Assembly: GCA_963745835.1 (NCBI GenBank)
Contig: CAVUZH010000019.1
Coordinates: 288,001-352,000, forward strand
Source of the DNA: an uncultured delta proteobacterium
Lineage (GTDB): Bacteria; Desulfobacterota; Binatia; UBA9968
Length of the DNA: 64,000 nucleotides
Direction of reading: 5' to 3'
The position numbers and the translations under genes are program-made. The notes under the pieces were generated by a model. The model did no database searches. It saw nothing but the letters and a program-made list of their open reading frames with translations, and had not been told where the DNA came from. Positions 19,998-30,028 of this stretch are shown here, in pieces. Each line of letters begins with the position of its first letter. Position 1 is the stretch's first letter.

Positions 19998-20801
19998 TTA
20001 AGCAATCCAGCCTTCCTCCGAAAGCTCGACGATATTGCCATCGGGATCTTTCAAATAGAGAGATTTTCCGGGATCGCCCGAAGGAACGCTCATGACATTA
20101 ATCTCCGGCTCACCTGGATAAAGATATGGCGGCGCGTTATGCAGTCTCTTCTTAATTTCATCAATGCTACCCACCTGAAAACCCACTCTCTCGAAACCAT
20201 TTTTGCTGGCACTGGTTTTCTTAAGCAATCCTAAAGCGGTCTTGCCAGCCGAGAGAAAGATGGCCCTTGCCTCGCCGGTTGGGTCGGTCACTCTGTTAAC
20301 CTCTCTGATCGGCAGAGCAGACTTATAGAAACTCGCAAGCCTCTCCGGATCCTCGCTGCGGATGCCGACATACCTGATTGCCGGAAGTCTCTCCGGCCCT
20401 CCTGCTTCCCACCCTCCTTCGGCAATCTCGAAAATCGTTCCGTCCGGATCGGTGATGCGCCACTCCTCATAGCGCCCATCCTGCGGACTCGCGACAAGTT
20501 TCACAGGAGGGTTTAGCGATGACAGTCTCTGCTCAATATCTTTGACGCTCTTGACAGTAAAGCCGATGTGATTGATGCCCGCATCCGGCATGATCTCCTG
20601 ACCGTCAACCATACGGTTGTACGATGAGCCCGGTCGAATCTGCAGGCAGTTAAGATTTATATATCCATCGCTCATGTAAAAAGCGTAAGGACTGTTCTGG
20701 AAGCGATTCCAAGACTCTTCCAGTCCAAATATTAGCTGATAGAACCTCGCCAGCCGCCGGTTGTTCTTCGTACAAATTGCCAAATGCTGAATCTCAGCCA
20801 T
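19998..20801 (-). CDS. Two-domain VOC protein (paralog of 15978-16820)
   Basis: IQHLAICTKNNRRLARFY, GINHIGF, YLKDPDGNIVEL. Confidence 0.85.
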   Translation of the reverse strand: MAEIQHLAICTKNNRRLARFYQLIFGLEESWNRFQNSPYAFYMSDGYINLNCLQIRPGSSYNRMVDGQEIMPDAGINHIGFTVKSVKDIEQRLSSLNPPVKLVASPQDGRYEEWRITDPDGTIFEIAEGGWEAGGPERLPAIRYVGIRSEDPERLASFYKSALPIREVNRVTDPTGEARAIFLSAGKTALGLLKKTSASKNGFERVGFQVGSIDEIKKRLHNAPPYLYPGEPEINVMSVPSGDPGKSLYLKDPDGNIVELSEEGWIA

Positions 20802-20965
20802 ATAATACTCCTTACGAAATTACCGGCTGCAGACGAACAAGCCGATAAGAGCTTGTACATAGGGCCACGCTCGCTGCTATGAACGAGCCTGCGGCTTCAT
20901 AGCGTCCCGTCAACGACCTCGCTCCGTTTTATGAATAAATATGCGATCTCCAGGGACGAGCCGAC

Positions 20966-21478
20966 TTATTTTTTTCGCGGTAAAACGGCCCAGGCTTCGA
21001 TCTCGATCCGCATATCCGGCAGATCGATCCCTACGTCTCTGAGCAATGTCGCCGGTCTGGGATGCTGCCTGAGATCAGGCTCGTGCTCTTCAAAAAACTT
21101 GTACATCTCGTCACGCATGTCGAAGACGTCTTCTCGCCTACGTAGGAAGTAACGGAACATGACGATATTTTTCAGGCTGGCACCCATCTGCTCTAAACTA
21201 GCCTTGATATCTTCGAGTGTCGCTCGGGTCTGTTCCTTGATGCCGCCCACCACCTTACCTTTGCCTGATCGTTCCTCCTCAGGGCTTCTACAGGGGCCAT
21301 CTTCGAACGGATCTCTACCCGTTGACCCTGAGAGAAAAAGAATGTCAACGTCGCCTTTGGTTCTAAAACCAGTGGCCCAGTTCATCTTTTCTTTATGATA
21401 CTTGGGCCAGAGCGTGCCCCAGTCGTATTCGACCTTTTCTTGTTCTTGCCTTTCGAAGGCTTTCGAATTGATAGACAT
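20966..21478 (-). CDS. Rid (YjgF/YER057c/UK114) family protein
   Basis: LFLSG, EQTRATLEDIKASLEQMGASLKNIV, IEIEAWA. Confidence 0.8.
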   Translation of the reverse strand: MSINSKAFERQEQEKVEYDWGTLWPKYHKEKMNWATGFRTKGDVDILFLSGSTGRDPFEDGPCRSPEEERSGKGKVVGGIKEQTRATLEDIKASLEQMGASLKNIVMFRYFLRRREDVFDMRDEMYKFFEEHEPDLRQHPRPATLLRDVGIDLPDMRIEIEAWAVLPRKK

Positions 21479-21709
21479 ATTAAGAGTCCCCTTTTCTTGT
21501 TGAGATAATTATCGATCTAATAAATCCTTGTAATCGGCAGAATTGCAAATTGGCAGAATTGTTTTGGATCTCAGATCCAATTCAGCCGTTTTACGATTAC
21601 AGCTGCAACGCCGATTGCATTCGTCGCCGATGAATATAGAAAAGTTCCTACCGTCATGATCGGCTTCGACTTTCCGATCTAGAAGATAATGACTTCTCAC
21701 AATGCATTC

Positions 21710-22786
21710 TCAACCAAGACCGAAAAGCGCCTTCGGATTATGATAGGTGATCTTCTCGTACTGAGATGCGCTAATCGTGCCCGTCTTCTTCAAATTGCGC
21801 AGAGCTTCGACCTCGGTGGATTGGTCATTGTGACCGTAGTCGGTACCAATCGTAAGATTATCCTCTCCTGAGTACTTCATGACATAATCGACGTCGTCAT
21901 CGGTTTGACATGATACGAATTGACGATATTCCTTCAGCGGGTTTTCCGGCAGTTCCTTCCCCTGCGTCGCCCAGCGGCGCTGCAGATCCTTGACGACATA
22001 GGGTATCCATTGCGCGGCGGCTTCGGCCCAGTGAAAACGAAGCTGCGGAAATAAAGTCGGCACCTCGCTCATGATTATCGAATGGAATGCGCCGATCACC
22101 GGAATGCGAAATTTCCAGAAACTGCCGCCGCCATTATATTGCGCTACCAAATCCAGCATCTGCGGGTTGCCATTACCGACGTGCACTCCCACCGCCATGT
22201 TGAGACGACTCATTTCCTCATACAGGGGATAGAAATACGGATCGGTGATAAGCCGATGGCCTTCGATGCCGCGCATAAACACGCCGCAGGCGCCGTTCTG
22301 CTGACAAAATTTCAGTTCCGTTAGTGAAGCGTTGATATCGAGCAGGGGCAATACACAGATCCAGCGCAGCCGTCCCCAACCTTGCCGATAGATATCGGCT
22401 AGCCAGCGATTGTATCCCTTGCAAATAGCGATTTCCCACTCAGGCTTATCGGTGATTTGCTCGATGAAAATCGTCGGATAAAGCACCTGAACGTCGATGC
22501 CCAGTTCATTCATGTGATCGAGCCGGGCCTCAACGTTCTCCATCTCGCGCGTCTCACGCGGTGTCCGCATATCACGGCCGGTGCGAGACGAAACCTCCGC
22601 CATCTCCTGCGCGGTCATTACGATCCGCACCAGGCCGCGTATCTTGCCATCGATAAACCAATATTCCCCACCCTTTTCCCCGCGGGGCCGGACTACAACC
22701 GGTCGATATTTTTGGTCGGCCGGCTCCATGAAGTCCCAGGTATGTTCTGACTCAACAACATGAGCATCAGAATCGATGGTCGGCAT
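21710..22786 (-). CDS. Amidohydrolase family protein (Amidohydro_2)
   Basis: IDSDAHV, DVQVLYPT, YNRWLAD, GTDYGH. Confidence 0.88.
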   Translation of the reverse strand: MPTIDSDAHVVESEHTWDFMEPADQKYRPVVVRPRGEKGGEYWFIDGKIRGLVRIVMTAQEMAEVSSRTGRDMRTPRETREMENVEARLDHMNELGIDVQVLYPTIFIEQITDKPEWEIAICKGYNRWLADIYRQGWGRLRWICVLPLLDINASLTELKFCQQNGACGVFMRGIEGHRLITDPYFYPLYEEMSRLNMAVGVHVGNGNPQMLDLVAQYNGGGSFWKFRIPVIGAFHSIIMSEVPTLFPQLRFHWAEAAAQWIPYVVKDLQRRWATQGKELPENPLKEYRQFVSCQTDDDVDYVMKYSGEDNLTIGTDYGHNDQSTEVEALRNLKKTGTISASQYEKITYHNPKALFGLG

Positions 22787-23348
22787 GACAGATACCTCGC
22801 CTCATAAGAAATGTTTCAACCGCAAATGAAATCGGCAGAGTCTTACATGAACGCCTGTTCTCTTACGAGGCGTATTGCCCTACGGCTATTGCTTAGATGC
22901 ACCCTTATTCTTTGATTTACATGGAGTCAAGAAACAACCAGAGCTACACAGCAAGCCGGAGGCCTAATGAGGTGGGTTAGTCCAATGCCATCGATAACCT
23001 GTTGAGGACAGATGAAAACAAGCTTTCAGTTGGGCCTGCTTTGGATAGCAAATCTGCAGCGAATCATGCGCGACTTATCTCGGTCGGCGTGCTCTCTGTA
23101 ATCATCGAAAAAACAGAACGATAAACACCGTCGCTAACAAAGGAGGTAGCTAGTCTCTCGGACGCCAATTTCGAGCAGCCATTTTGACCGCCGAGTTCAG
23201 ACCTTTGATTGAGTGATGTGAAAGCTAGTCCTCACCAAGAACACTGCTAGAAACTTTCAAGCTTGTCGGTCCTAGAGGCTAGTGACAGTTCAATCGGCTT
23301 TCAAGTTTATGGCGCTCATGTTTCTATTGCAGTCATGGAACAACAAAC

Positions 23349-24440
23349 GTGAGCAATAAAAAATTAGTAATTGGAGAGTTTGCCAACTTTCGGGAGCGAC
23401 TACCTGGTATTCTTAAGGCACTCGCTGTCGGTATTCCGGCGGGATATCTGTTTGACCTGCTTGACACGCCGATTCCGTGGATGATTGGGCCGATGATCGC
23501 TGTTGCAACAGTGAACTTGATGGGCGTGCGGATGCACTCGCCCCCATATGCCCGTCATTTTGGTCAGGTAATTCTCGGTTCAGCAGTGTCGCTCTACTTT
23601 ACGCCACCCGTCGTCGCCGCGCTGGCGGGTAACTTGCCCGCGATCGTTGCCGCGACCATAGCGGTTTTCTTGATCGGCGCGCTCGGCGCATTGATGCTAA
23701 GCCAGGTTTCCGGTGTTGAACGAAAATCGACCTTCTTCGCTTCAATTCCGGGGGGCGCCATGGCCATGGCGGTGTTGGCCGAGCGTTATGGCGCTCAGAT
23801 CGCGCCCGTGGCGGTCGCTCACAGCCTGCGCGTTTCGCTGGTTGTTATCCTGATCCCGTTTGCACTCACTTATGGAGGAATCCCCTTGGAAGCGTCTGCT
23901 TACCGACCCGTTCTTCCGCTAGATTTCGCGATCCTCCTACCATGGTTATCATTTAGCTTTTTCTTGGGGGAAGTTTCCGAGCGCATGCGCTTTCATAACG
24001 GTTGCTTGCTGATGCCGATCTTTTTCGGTGCTGCGCTCACAGTGAGCGGCATCGAGCTTTCTGCGGTGCCGCACCGGCTGATGGATTTCGCCCAGCTCAT
24101 GTTTGGCCTCGTGCTCGGCGCCCGTTATGAGCGCGCGTTCTTCGCCCGCTATCGCATGTTTATACCTTTTGCTTTACTCAACTCCTTTTTCATTCTCATC
24201 GCCTCTGTCGTCGCTGCCGCGACGCTCGCCTGGGCGTTCAGCTTACCGATCGCAACGATGATCATTGCGACCTCGCCCGGCGGTCTGGCAGAGATGACGA
24301 TAACGGCGCAAGCCCTGCAGATCAGTGTCCCCTTGGTGGTTGCCTTTCACCTATTTCGCGTGGTGATGGTAAACATGGGAACACAATATTTCTACGCGTG
24401 CGCCGCATGGATGTTTGATCGTAATGATCGGAAAAACTAG
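23349..24440 (+). CDS. AbrB family membrane protein (AidB regulator-like)
   Basis: PIPWMIGPM, GQVILG, duplicated PGGA/PGGLAEM motifs, H..RV. Confidence 0.85.
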   Translation: MSNKKLVIGEFANFRERLPGILKALAVGIPAGYLFDLLDTPIPWMIGPMIAVATVNLMGVRMHSPPYARHFGQVILGSAVSLYFTPPVVAALAGNLPAIVAATIAVFLIGALGALMLSQVSGVERKSTFFASIPGGAMAMAVLAERYGAQIAPVAVAHSLRVSLVVILIPFALTYGGIPLEASAYRPVLPLDFAILLPWLSFSFFLGEVSERMRFHNGCLLMPIFFGAALTVSGIELSAVPHRLMDFAQLMFGLVLGARYERAFFARYRMFIPFALLNSFFILIASVVAAATLAWAFSLPIATMIIATSPGGLAEMTITAQALQISVPLVVAFHLFRVVMVNMGTQYFYACAAWMFDRNDRKN

Positions 24441-24543
24441 GGTAATATCAGAAAGGGCAAAGGCCGAGATGATGAACGGACAGGAGGAATGTAACTGCTC
24501 AGTTACTCAGGGGCATTGTCCCTGAGCGCGGCCGCCGCGGACA

Positions 24544-24948
24544 TTACCTTCCATGAGATCTCGACACTGCGGCAACAGTTTTGGTTCTCCGCCGTAGCAT
24601 TGGCTGCTGACGGGACGTGATTTCACAATCTTGGATCTTAGCCTTCTTCCAAAGGAGCAAGCCTTGGCGCAGATAATCAGGTGAGAACCTCAAGGTTTCA
24701 CAGATGCTTTCGAAGGAAAAGAACCAGTCGCTGTCCTTATCCCATAACCACTCCTCCACCTCGTGGAGCAACGCTTTTCCTTTGGGATCTTCGGCCACGG
24801 CATACTCCTGAAACTGTTCAATCGCATTTTCCAGCACCGCGAGCATAAGCTTTTCTTCTGCACTTGCGGCTCTGGTGAACTGACTCTGCGCCAAGCCGGT
24901 ATCCACCGGATCGATCGCAACGAGGGACTTCCAATGCTGAAGAATCAT
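24544..24948 (-). CDS. Conserved hypothetical protein (EKLMLAVLE.A...W...FSFE.ICE.L family)
   Basis: Protein-like ORF with GAGG RBS and upstream sigma-54 motif; family recalled from deltaproteobacteria-like genomes. Confidence 0.7.
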   Translation of the reverse strand: MILQHWKSLVAIDPVDTGLAQSQFTRAASAEEKLMLAVLENAIEQFQEYAVAEDPKGKALLHEVEEWLWDKDSDWFFSFESICETLRFSPDYLRQGLLLWKKAKIQDCEITSRQQPMLRRRTKTVAAVSRSHGR

Positions 24949-25140
24949 CTATTAGGTCCTCAAGCGGCAGTGCCGCGTATCGAAATTGCTGACGAGCCCG
25001 AGTGTGTCCGCAGGCGGGAGGAGAGACTCGATCGAAGGAGATCGCGCCGGATGTGATGTTACCGGTACTCTGCCTGCCCAGACCTGTGGGTGAAAACCTG
25101 GGCAGGAAATTTCCTGGACCAAGCCTTCGTTTGGAGCTAG

Positions 25141-25156
25141 CGCAACCGATGTGCCG
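25141..25156 (-). promoter_or_regulatory. Sigma-54 (-24/-12) promoter
   Basis: Minus strand CGGCAC-ATCGG-TTGCG, near consensus TGGCAC-N5-TTGCW. Confidence 0.6.
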
Positions 25157-25536
25157 CGCAGCTTACTCTCCTACTCAGGAAAAAAGAGAACTCGGTATGA
25201 CAAAAGTCACCGGCATCACTGCCTCGTATGCCCGATGCAAGTTATCGGAGGATTCGGAGGGACTACGGCGCCCTCTTGTAAGCGAAGATAAAATGGCACG
25301 TATGCCGTCGTGATCCGCGCCCTCCTGCATGGTGGAGGTCATCGCTTCCACTGTTGCAGATGAATGCGATTGGTTTTTCGGGGTTATTATCGCGAGGAAT
25401 TACTTAGGGAATATGCTTACCTGCGCAGCCGAGAGGTAAGAACTAAGCAGCCGAACCAACAGATCGTTGACTCCGAAGTTCACCCAACCTATATATTTAG
25501 CTTTAACGTTGGATTGACCTGGAGGAATTGTAATTC

Positions 25537-26577
25537 ATGGATCGCTACTCAATGAAATTCGGGGCGCACTATTTACCTACCTATGTTCCTGATCTCGATG
25601 GCCCTCTACCCGAATACTATCGAACGATGTTCACGCAAATGGAGGAGATGGACCAGTTAGGCTACGATCATATCTGGGTTACCGAACATCATTTTGCGTA
25701 CTATGGAGGCACGTTGCCGCATCCACCCACGTTCATGGCGGCCGTTGCGCGCACAACCAAGCAGATTCGCCTGGGAGTGGCGATCAATGTGCTGCCGCTG
25801 CATAATCCGATCGATGTCGCAGAGTCCTACGCCATGGTCGATGTCATTTCAAACGGGCGGTTGGATTTTGGGGTGGGCAAGGGCAGCGAATCCCATGAAT
25901 ACCGAAAATTCGGCATCGACCAACAACAAGCAACCGGACGCATGTATGAAGGAACCGAGGTCATCCTTCAGGCGTGGTCCGAGAAACCAGTTAGTTTTCG
26001 CGGCGAATTCTTTAAATACGATAACGTGCCGGTTTTCCCAAAGCCGGTGCAGCGTCCGCATCCAAGATTTTGGGTAGGTTGCGCGCGCAGCGAAGATTCA
26101 TTTCGTTGGGCGGGTGAGAAAAACTTTCACTTGATGACGCTGCCTTATATCTATCGCGAGGCCGATGTGTTGCCTAAGTTCGTCAAGAGTTATCGAAGTG
26201 CACAGGCACAAGCCGGGCATGACTTCACCCAAACCGATGTACTGGGGAAGTTCCACATTTACGTGTCGGGCAGTCTGGATCAAGCTATTCGTGAGGCAGA
26301 GCCCTATCTCAATAACTATTTTGACGTTCATGCGGTGGCGGACCCAGATCGGAAAGAGCAAGGCCTCTTAACTCAGCGCGATGCCCGAACTCAACTGGCC
26401 GAAGGGTTTGTGCTGGCGGGGGATCCGCAGCGCGTAGTCGATACGATTCGCAAATGGCGCGACGAAGTTGGGCTGACGACTATCTCGGGCACGTTCCATT
26501 TCGGCGGCATGCCGCAAGAACTGGCGCTCAAGAACATCCGTCTGTTTGCTGACAAGGTAATGCCCGAGTTGAAGTAG
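25537..26577 (+). CDS. LLM-class flavin-dependent oxidoreductase
   Basis: WVTEHHF, RLGVA..LPLHNP, DVISNGRLDFGVGKG, PKPVQRPHP. Confidence 0.92.
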   Translation: MDRYSMKFGAHYLPTYVPDLDGPLPEYYRTMFTQMEEMDQLGYDHIWVTEHHFAYYGGTLPHPPTFMAAVARTTKQIRLGVAINVLPLHNPIDVAESYAMVDVISNGRLDFGVGKGSESHEYRKFGIDQQQATGRMYEGTEVILQAWSEKPVSFRGEFFKYDNVPVFPKPVQRPHPRFWVGCARSEDSFRWAGEKNFHLMTLPYIYREADVLPKFVKSYRSAQAQAGHDFTQTDVLGKFHIYVSGSLDQAIREAEPYLNNYFDVHAVADPDRKEQGLLTQRDARTQLAEGFVLAGDPQRVVDTIRKWRDEVGLTTISGTFHFGGMPQELALKNIRLFADKVMPELK

Positions 26578-26600
26578 TATTCAGCCGATCGGCGTTTTTC

Positions 26601-26635
26601 AAAGCTCGAGCTTCCGTCTCGAGCTTTTGTTTTTC
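26601..26635 (+). terminator. Rho-independent terminator
   Basis: AAAGCTCGAG-7 nt loop-CTCGAGCTTT followed by TGTTTTT, right after the LLM stop. Confidence 0.75.
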
Positions 26636-26802
26636 AATGATTCGACCCAGCAGTCGACCTGAATCCTGCGATGAACTCCTGCGGCAGTTAACGGAAAGTC
26701 CTCAGTGAACGCCGCATCATTGGACTTTGCTAGGACCTTCAGGTATGAGACGTTGAAGCCTGCAACAGGATCTACCGCGTGTCGCGGATCGGAGGATCAC
26801 AC

Positions 26803-27690
26803 ATGAAAATCTGTCACTACGATAGCAATCAAGCCGGCGTCATTGTCGAAGACAAAGTCTACAATATTGGCAATGCCTTGATTAAGGCTGGGGTTGCCCG
26901 CAACGGTTACACGATGCTCGAGATTATCGATGCACTGGCCAACGACTCTAAAGCGATGCAACTTGCACGAGACGCTTCGCAGGACGCCGCAGGGATCCCG
27001 CTCAATTCAGTGAAGCTCTTGGCGCCCATTACCAACCCGGGATCATTGTGGGCTGCGGCGGCAAATTACCGGGCACACCAAAAAGAGATGATCGAGCGCA
27101 TGGGCAGCGCAGACCGAGTCACCAAAAGCAAAGACGAACTGATGGCCGAGTTCTTCCTCAAGACGACGTCGTCCATCATCGGGCCCGGTGACACGATAAT
27201 TTTGCCGAAAGTTTCCAAGCTCGTTGATTTCGAGTGCGAGCTCTGCGCCGTCATCGGCAAACGGGCCCGTAAAGTGACCGAAGAGCAGGCGCTCGATTAT
27301 GTTTTTGGTTACACCATCTGCTGGGACATCAGCCAGCGCGATCCTTGGGGAAAAGGCGTGCAGAACACGCGCAATATTCGCAAAGGATTCGATACCTTCA
27401 GCGCTTTGGGTCCATGGGTCGTGACCCGGGATGAGATCGATGAACCGCAAAATCTGACAATAAAAGTTTTACAAAACGGCAAAGAAGCGATGACGGCGCA
27501 TACCAGCGATATGATTTGTGGCTTGCGCGATCATATCCGTTTTCTCACCAGCTGTCTCACGCTGCGCCCGGGTGATCTGATCACCACCGGCACACCTGCC
27601 GGCGTCAGCAAGCTCAACGATGGGGACCATCTTCACGGCACGATTGAGAAAATTGGCTCAATGGAACTCCGCGTGAAGGCAGAAGAGTAG
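26803..27690 (+). CDS. Fumarylacetoacetate hydrolase family protein
   Basis: GGAGG RBS; NYRAH, FFLK, DFECEL, DISQRD, KGFDTF, GDLITTGTPAGV. Confidence 0.92.
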   Translation: MKICHYDSNQAGVIVEDKVYNIGNALIKAGVARNGYTMLEIIDALANDSKAMQLARDASQDAAGIPLNSVKLLAPITNPGSLWAAAANYRAHQKEMIERMGSADRVTKSKDELMAEFFLKTTSSIIGPGDTIILPKVSKLVDFECELCAVIGKRARKVTEEQALDYVFGYTICWDISQRDPWGKGVQNTRNIRKGFDTFSALGPWVVTRDEIDEPQNLTIKVLQNGKEAMTAHTSDMICGLRDHIRFLTSCLTLRPGDLITTGTPAGVSKLNDGDHLHGTIEKIGSMELRVKAEE

Positions 27691-27710
27691 CCATTGGAAG
27701 GTAAAGCTCT

Positions 27711-28820
27711 ATGTCCTTACCACTCAAACTTGATCCTCCGACCCGAACATTGCTTGGACCTGGCCCCAGTCCGGTTTCTTCAAGGGTGCTGAAAGCGCTC
27801 TCACTGCCGGTCGTGGGTCACCTGGATCCGGAGTTCCTAAAGATCATGGATCAAAGCATGGCGATGCTACGCGAGGTTTTTCAAACCAAAAATCGCCTCG
27901 CACTGCCCATGTCCGGTACCGGCAGTGCGGGCATGGAAACGTGCTTCGTCAATGTCATCGAGCCCGGTGATTCAGTTTTAATCGGCGTGAACGGTATTTT
28001 CGGCATGCGCATGGTTGATGTTGCTGAACGTTGCGGCGCGCAGGTGGATGCAGTTCAGGCCGAGTGGGGCTCAGCCCTGGACCCACAACAATTCCGCGCC
28101 GCATTAGCGAAGAAGAAGTACAAATTGACCGCAGTAGTTCACGCCGAAACATCAACCGGAGTTCTGCAGCCGCTCGATGAAATCGCAAGACTGGTGCATG
28201 AGAACGGCAGCTTGCTGCTCGTTGATAGCGTAACGTCTCTGGGCGGCGCTCCCGTGCGCGTCGACGAATTAGGTATCGATATTTGCTACAGCGGCACGCA
28301 AAAATGCCTCGGTTGCCCGCCCGGGCTGTCACCGGTTACTTTCAACGAGCGAGCGATCGAAGTAATCCATAATCGCAAGCGTAAGATTCAAAGCTGGTAT
28401 CTCGATCTATCGATGATTGAGAAATACTGGGGCAGCGAACGCGTCTACCATCATACCGCGCCGATCTCGATGAATTATGCGTTGCATGAAGCGCTCCGTA
28501 TTGTCCTCGAAGAAGGTCTCGGAGCAAGCTGGCAGCGCCACAGGCACGTGCATGAGACCTTCGTTCGTGAAATGCACAAGCTCGAACTTGAACCCGCAGT
28601 GGCCGAATCGATTCGGGCGCCAATGATCAATACGGTTAAAATCCCAGAGCGCGTCGATGATGCTAAGGTGCGTCAGCGTTTATACGACGAGTTCAATATT
28701 GAGATTGGTGCCGGACTTGGACCGCTCAAAGGCAAAGTCTGGCGCGTCGGTTTGATGGGCCATGGCTCGCGAGTGGAAAATGTCGAGTTATTGGCAAAGG
28801 CGCTGAAACAGTTAATCTAA
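27711..28820 (+). CDS. Alanine/serine-glyoxylate aminotransferase (class V PLP enzyme)
   Basis: [45 protein letters not shown]. Confidence 0.92.
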   Translation: MSLPLKLDPPTRTLLGPGPSPVSSRVLKALSLPVVGHLDPEFLKIMDQSMAMLREVFQTKNRLALPMSGTGSAGMETCFVNVIEPGDSVLIGVNGIFGMRMVDVAERCGAQVDAVQAEWGSALDPQQFRAALAKKKYKLTAVVHAETSTGVLQPLDEIARLVHENGSLLLVDSVTSLGGAPVRVDELGIDICYSGTQKCLGCPPGLSPVTFNERAIEVIHNRKRKIQSWYLDLSMIEKYWGSERVYHHTAPISMNYALHEALRIVLEEGLGASWQRHRHVHETFVREMHKLELEPAVAESIRAPMINTVKIPERVDDAKVRQRLYDEFNIEIGAGLGPLKGKVWRVGLMGHGSRVENVELLAKALKQLI

Positions 28821-28942
28821 TCGTCGCGCGGAAATCGATTGGAAGCTGGGCTGTTCGGGTGCGGCGCGACACCTTCTTGATTTGATATCAGTTAGATTGA
28901 CCACATCCAGGAGCGTCAAACGAGCGTAGCATTTTGCGACCG

Positions 28943-29911
28943 TTAACTGTAAAGAGCTGCTACCCACTCGGCGTAACCATTAAATGGTAGGGTGAGTCGC
29001 CGTTCCCCGCTATCGATTAGTTTCTCGGACTCTTGTGACCAGCGCGGGTGGGGTGTCGCGGGATCGACGTTTGCTCCAAAGCCATACTCGTGCGGCCGAT
29101 TGCTGTTCCAAAAGGTGCGCGGCTGCTCTGCAGTGAATTCAATTTTGACAATCGACTTGATGCTTTTGAAACCATACTTCCAAGGCACTACCAGCCGCAG
29201 TGGTGCGCCGTGCTGCTTTGGCAGCGAGTGTCCGTAGATCCCGCACGCGAGCATTGTCAGTTCGTTCGCAGCTTCCGACATCGTCAATGCTTCGGTATAC
29301 GGCCAAGGGCCGTAAGATGGACTTTGATTCGGCGCCTCGGCGGGTGCCCAGAAACTAACCAGTCGAATATACCGGGCTGATGACAAAGGCGCGACGAGTT
29401 TCAAGAAAGCGCGCATGGGAACCCCCGTCCACGGCACGGCCATCGCCCAGGATTCCACACAGCGGAAGCGGTAACGTCTTTCTTCCAGAGGCAGGGCTCG
29501 GAGTAATTCATCGATATCAAATGCCCGCGGCCTTTCGACTAATCCAGCGACTTCAAGCCGCCAAGGCGAAGTTTTTAATCGCGCGGCTTTCTTGTAGATG
29601 CTTCCTTTGAAAACACTAAACTCATAAAAGTTGTTATACGATGCGGCATAGACTTCGTCGGTGATGGGTCTGTCGAGAATGAAATTAGGATTCCTCCGAG
29701 CCGGATACAGATCCGCAACGGGCGGATTTTCTTGCGCTCCGATCTTTGCCGCGTCCTCATTAGGGCCGCAGCCGAATGGGAGCCCGGCGACGAGCCCTAA
29801 ACCCGATAAACCGAATGTCTTCATAAAGTTGCGGCGAGCGCAGAAGATCGACTCCGGAGTGATACTCCGCTCGGGCATTTCCCATTTAGGTGGAACGATT
29901 ATCGCCGCCAT
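28943..29911 (-). CDS. msrP: Protein-methionine-sulfoxide reductase catalytic subunit
   Basis: Tat RRNFMK; YNNFYEF, FRCVESW, GAPLRLVVPWKYGFKSIKSI, HPRWSQ. Confidence 0.92.
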   Translation of the reverse strand: MAAIIVPPKWEMPERSITPESIFCARRNFMKTFGLSGLGLVAGLPFGCGPNEDAAKIGAQENPPVADLYPARRNPNFILDRPITDEVYAASYNNFYEFSVFKGSIYKKAARLKTSPWRLEVAGLVERPRAFDIDELLRALPLEERRYRFRCVESWAMAVPWTGVPMRAFLKLVAPLSSARYIRLVSFWAPAEAPNQSPSYGPWPYTEALTMSEAANELTMLACGIYGHSLPKQHGAPLRLVVPWKYGFKSIKSIVKIEFTAEQPRTFWNSNRPHEYGFGANVDPATPHPRWSQESEKLIDSGERRLTLPFNGYAEWVAALYS

Positions 29912-30028
29912 AAAAGGTGAGTGATCCTCATCTTATGGGGGACGCGCGAAATCTACAATAGTTTGGCGCGAGACAGGATCTCGTAAAAAGGCAAGGCGAT
30001 CTTGGTTAGACTGGAATTGACAAGCTCA

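Noticed and set aside
22787-23348. Riboswitch or sRNA in the 560-bp divergent gap
   Set aside because: No recognisable aptamer consensus or terminator by eye; an Rfam scan would be needed
23349-24440. Ammonia monooxygenase
   Set aside because: AbrB-family membrane proteins carry this legacy misannotation; no amoCAB features
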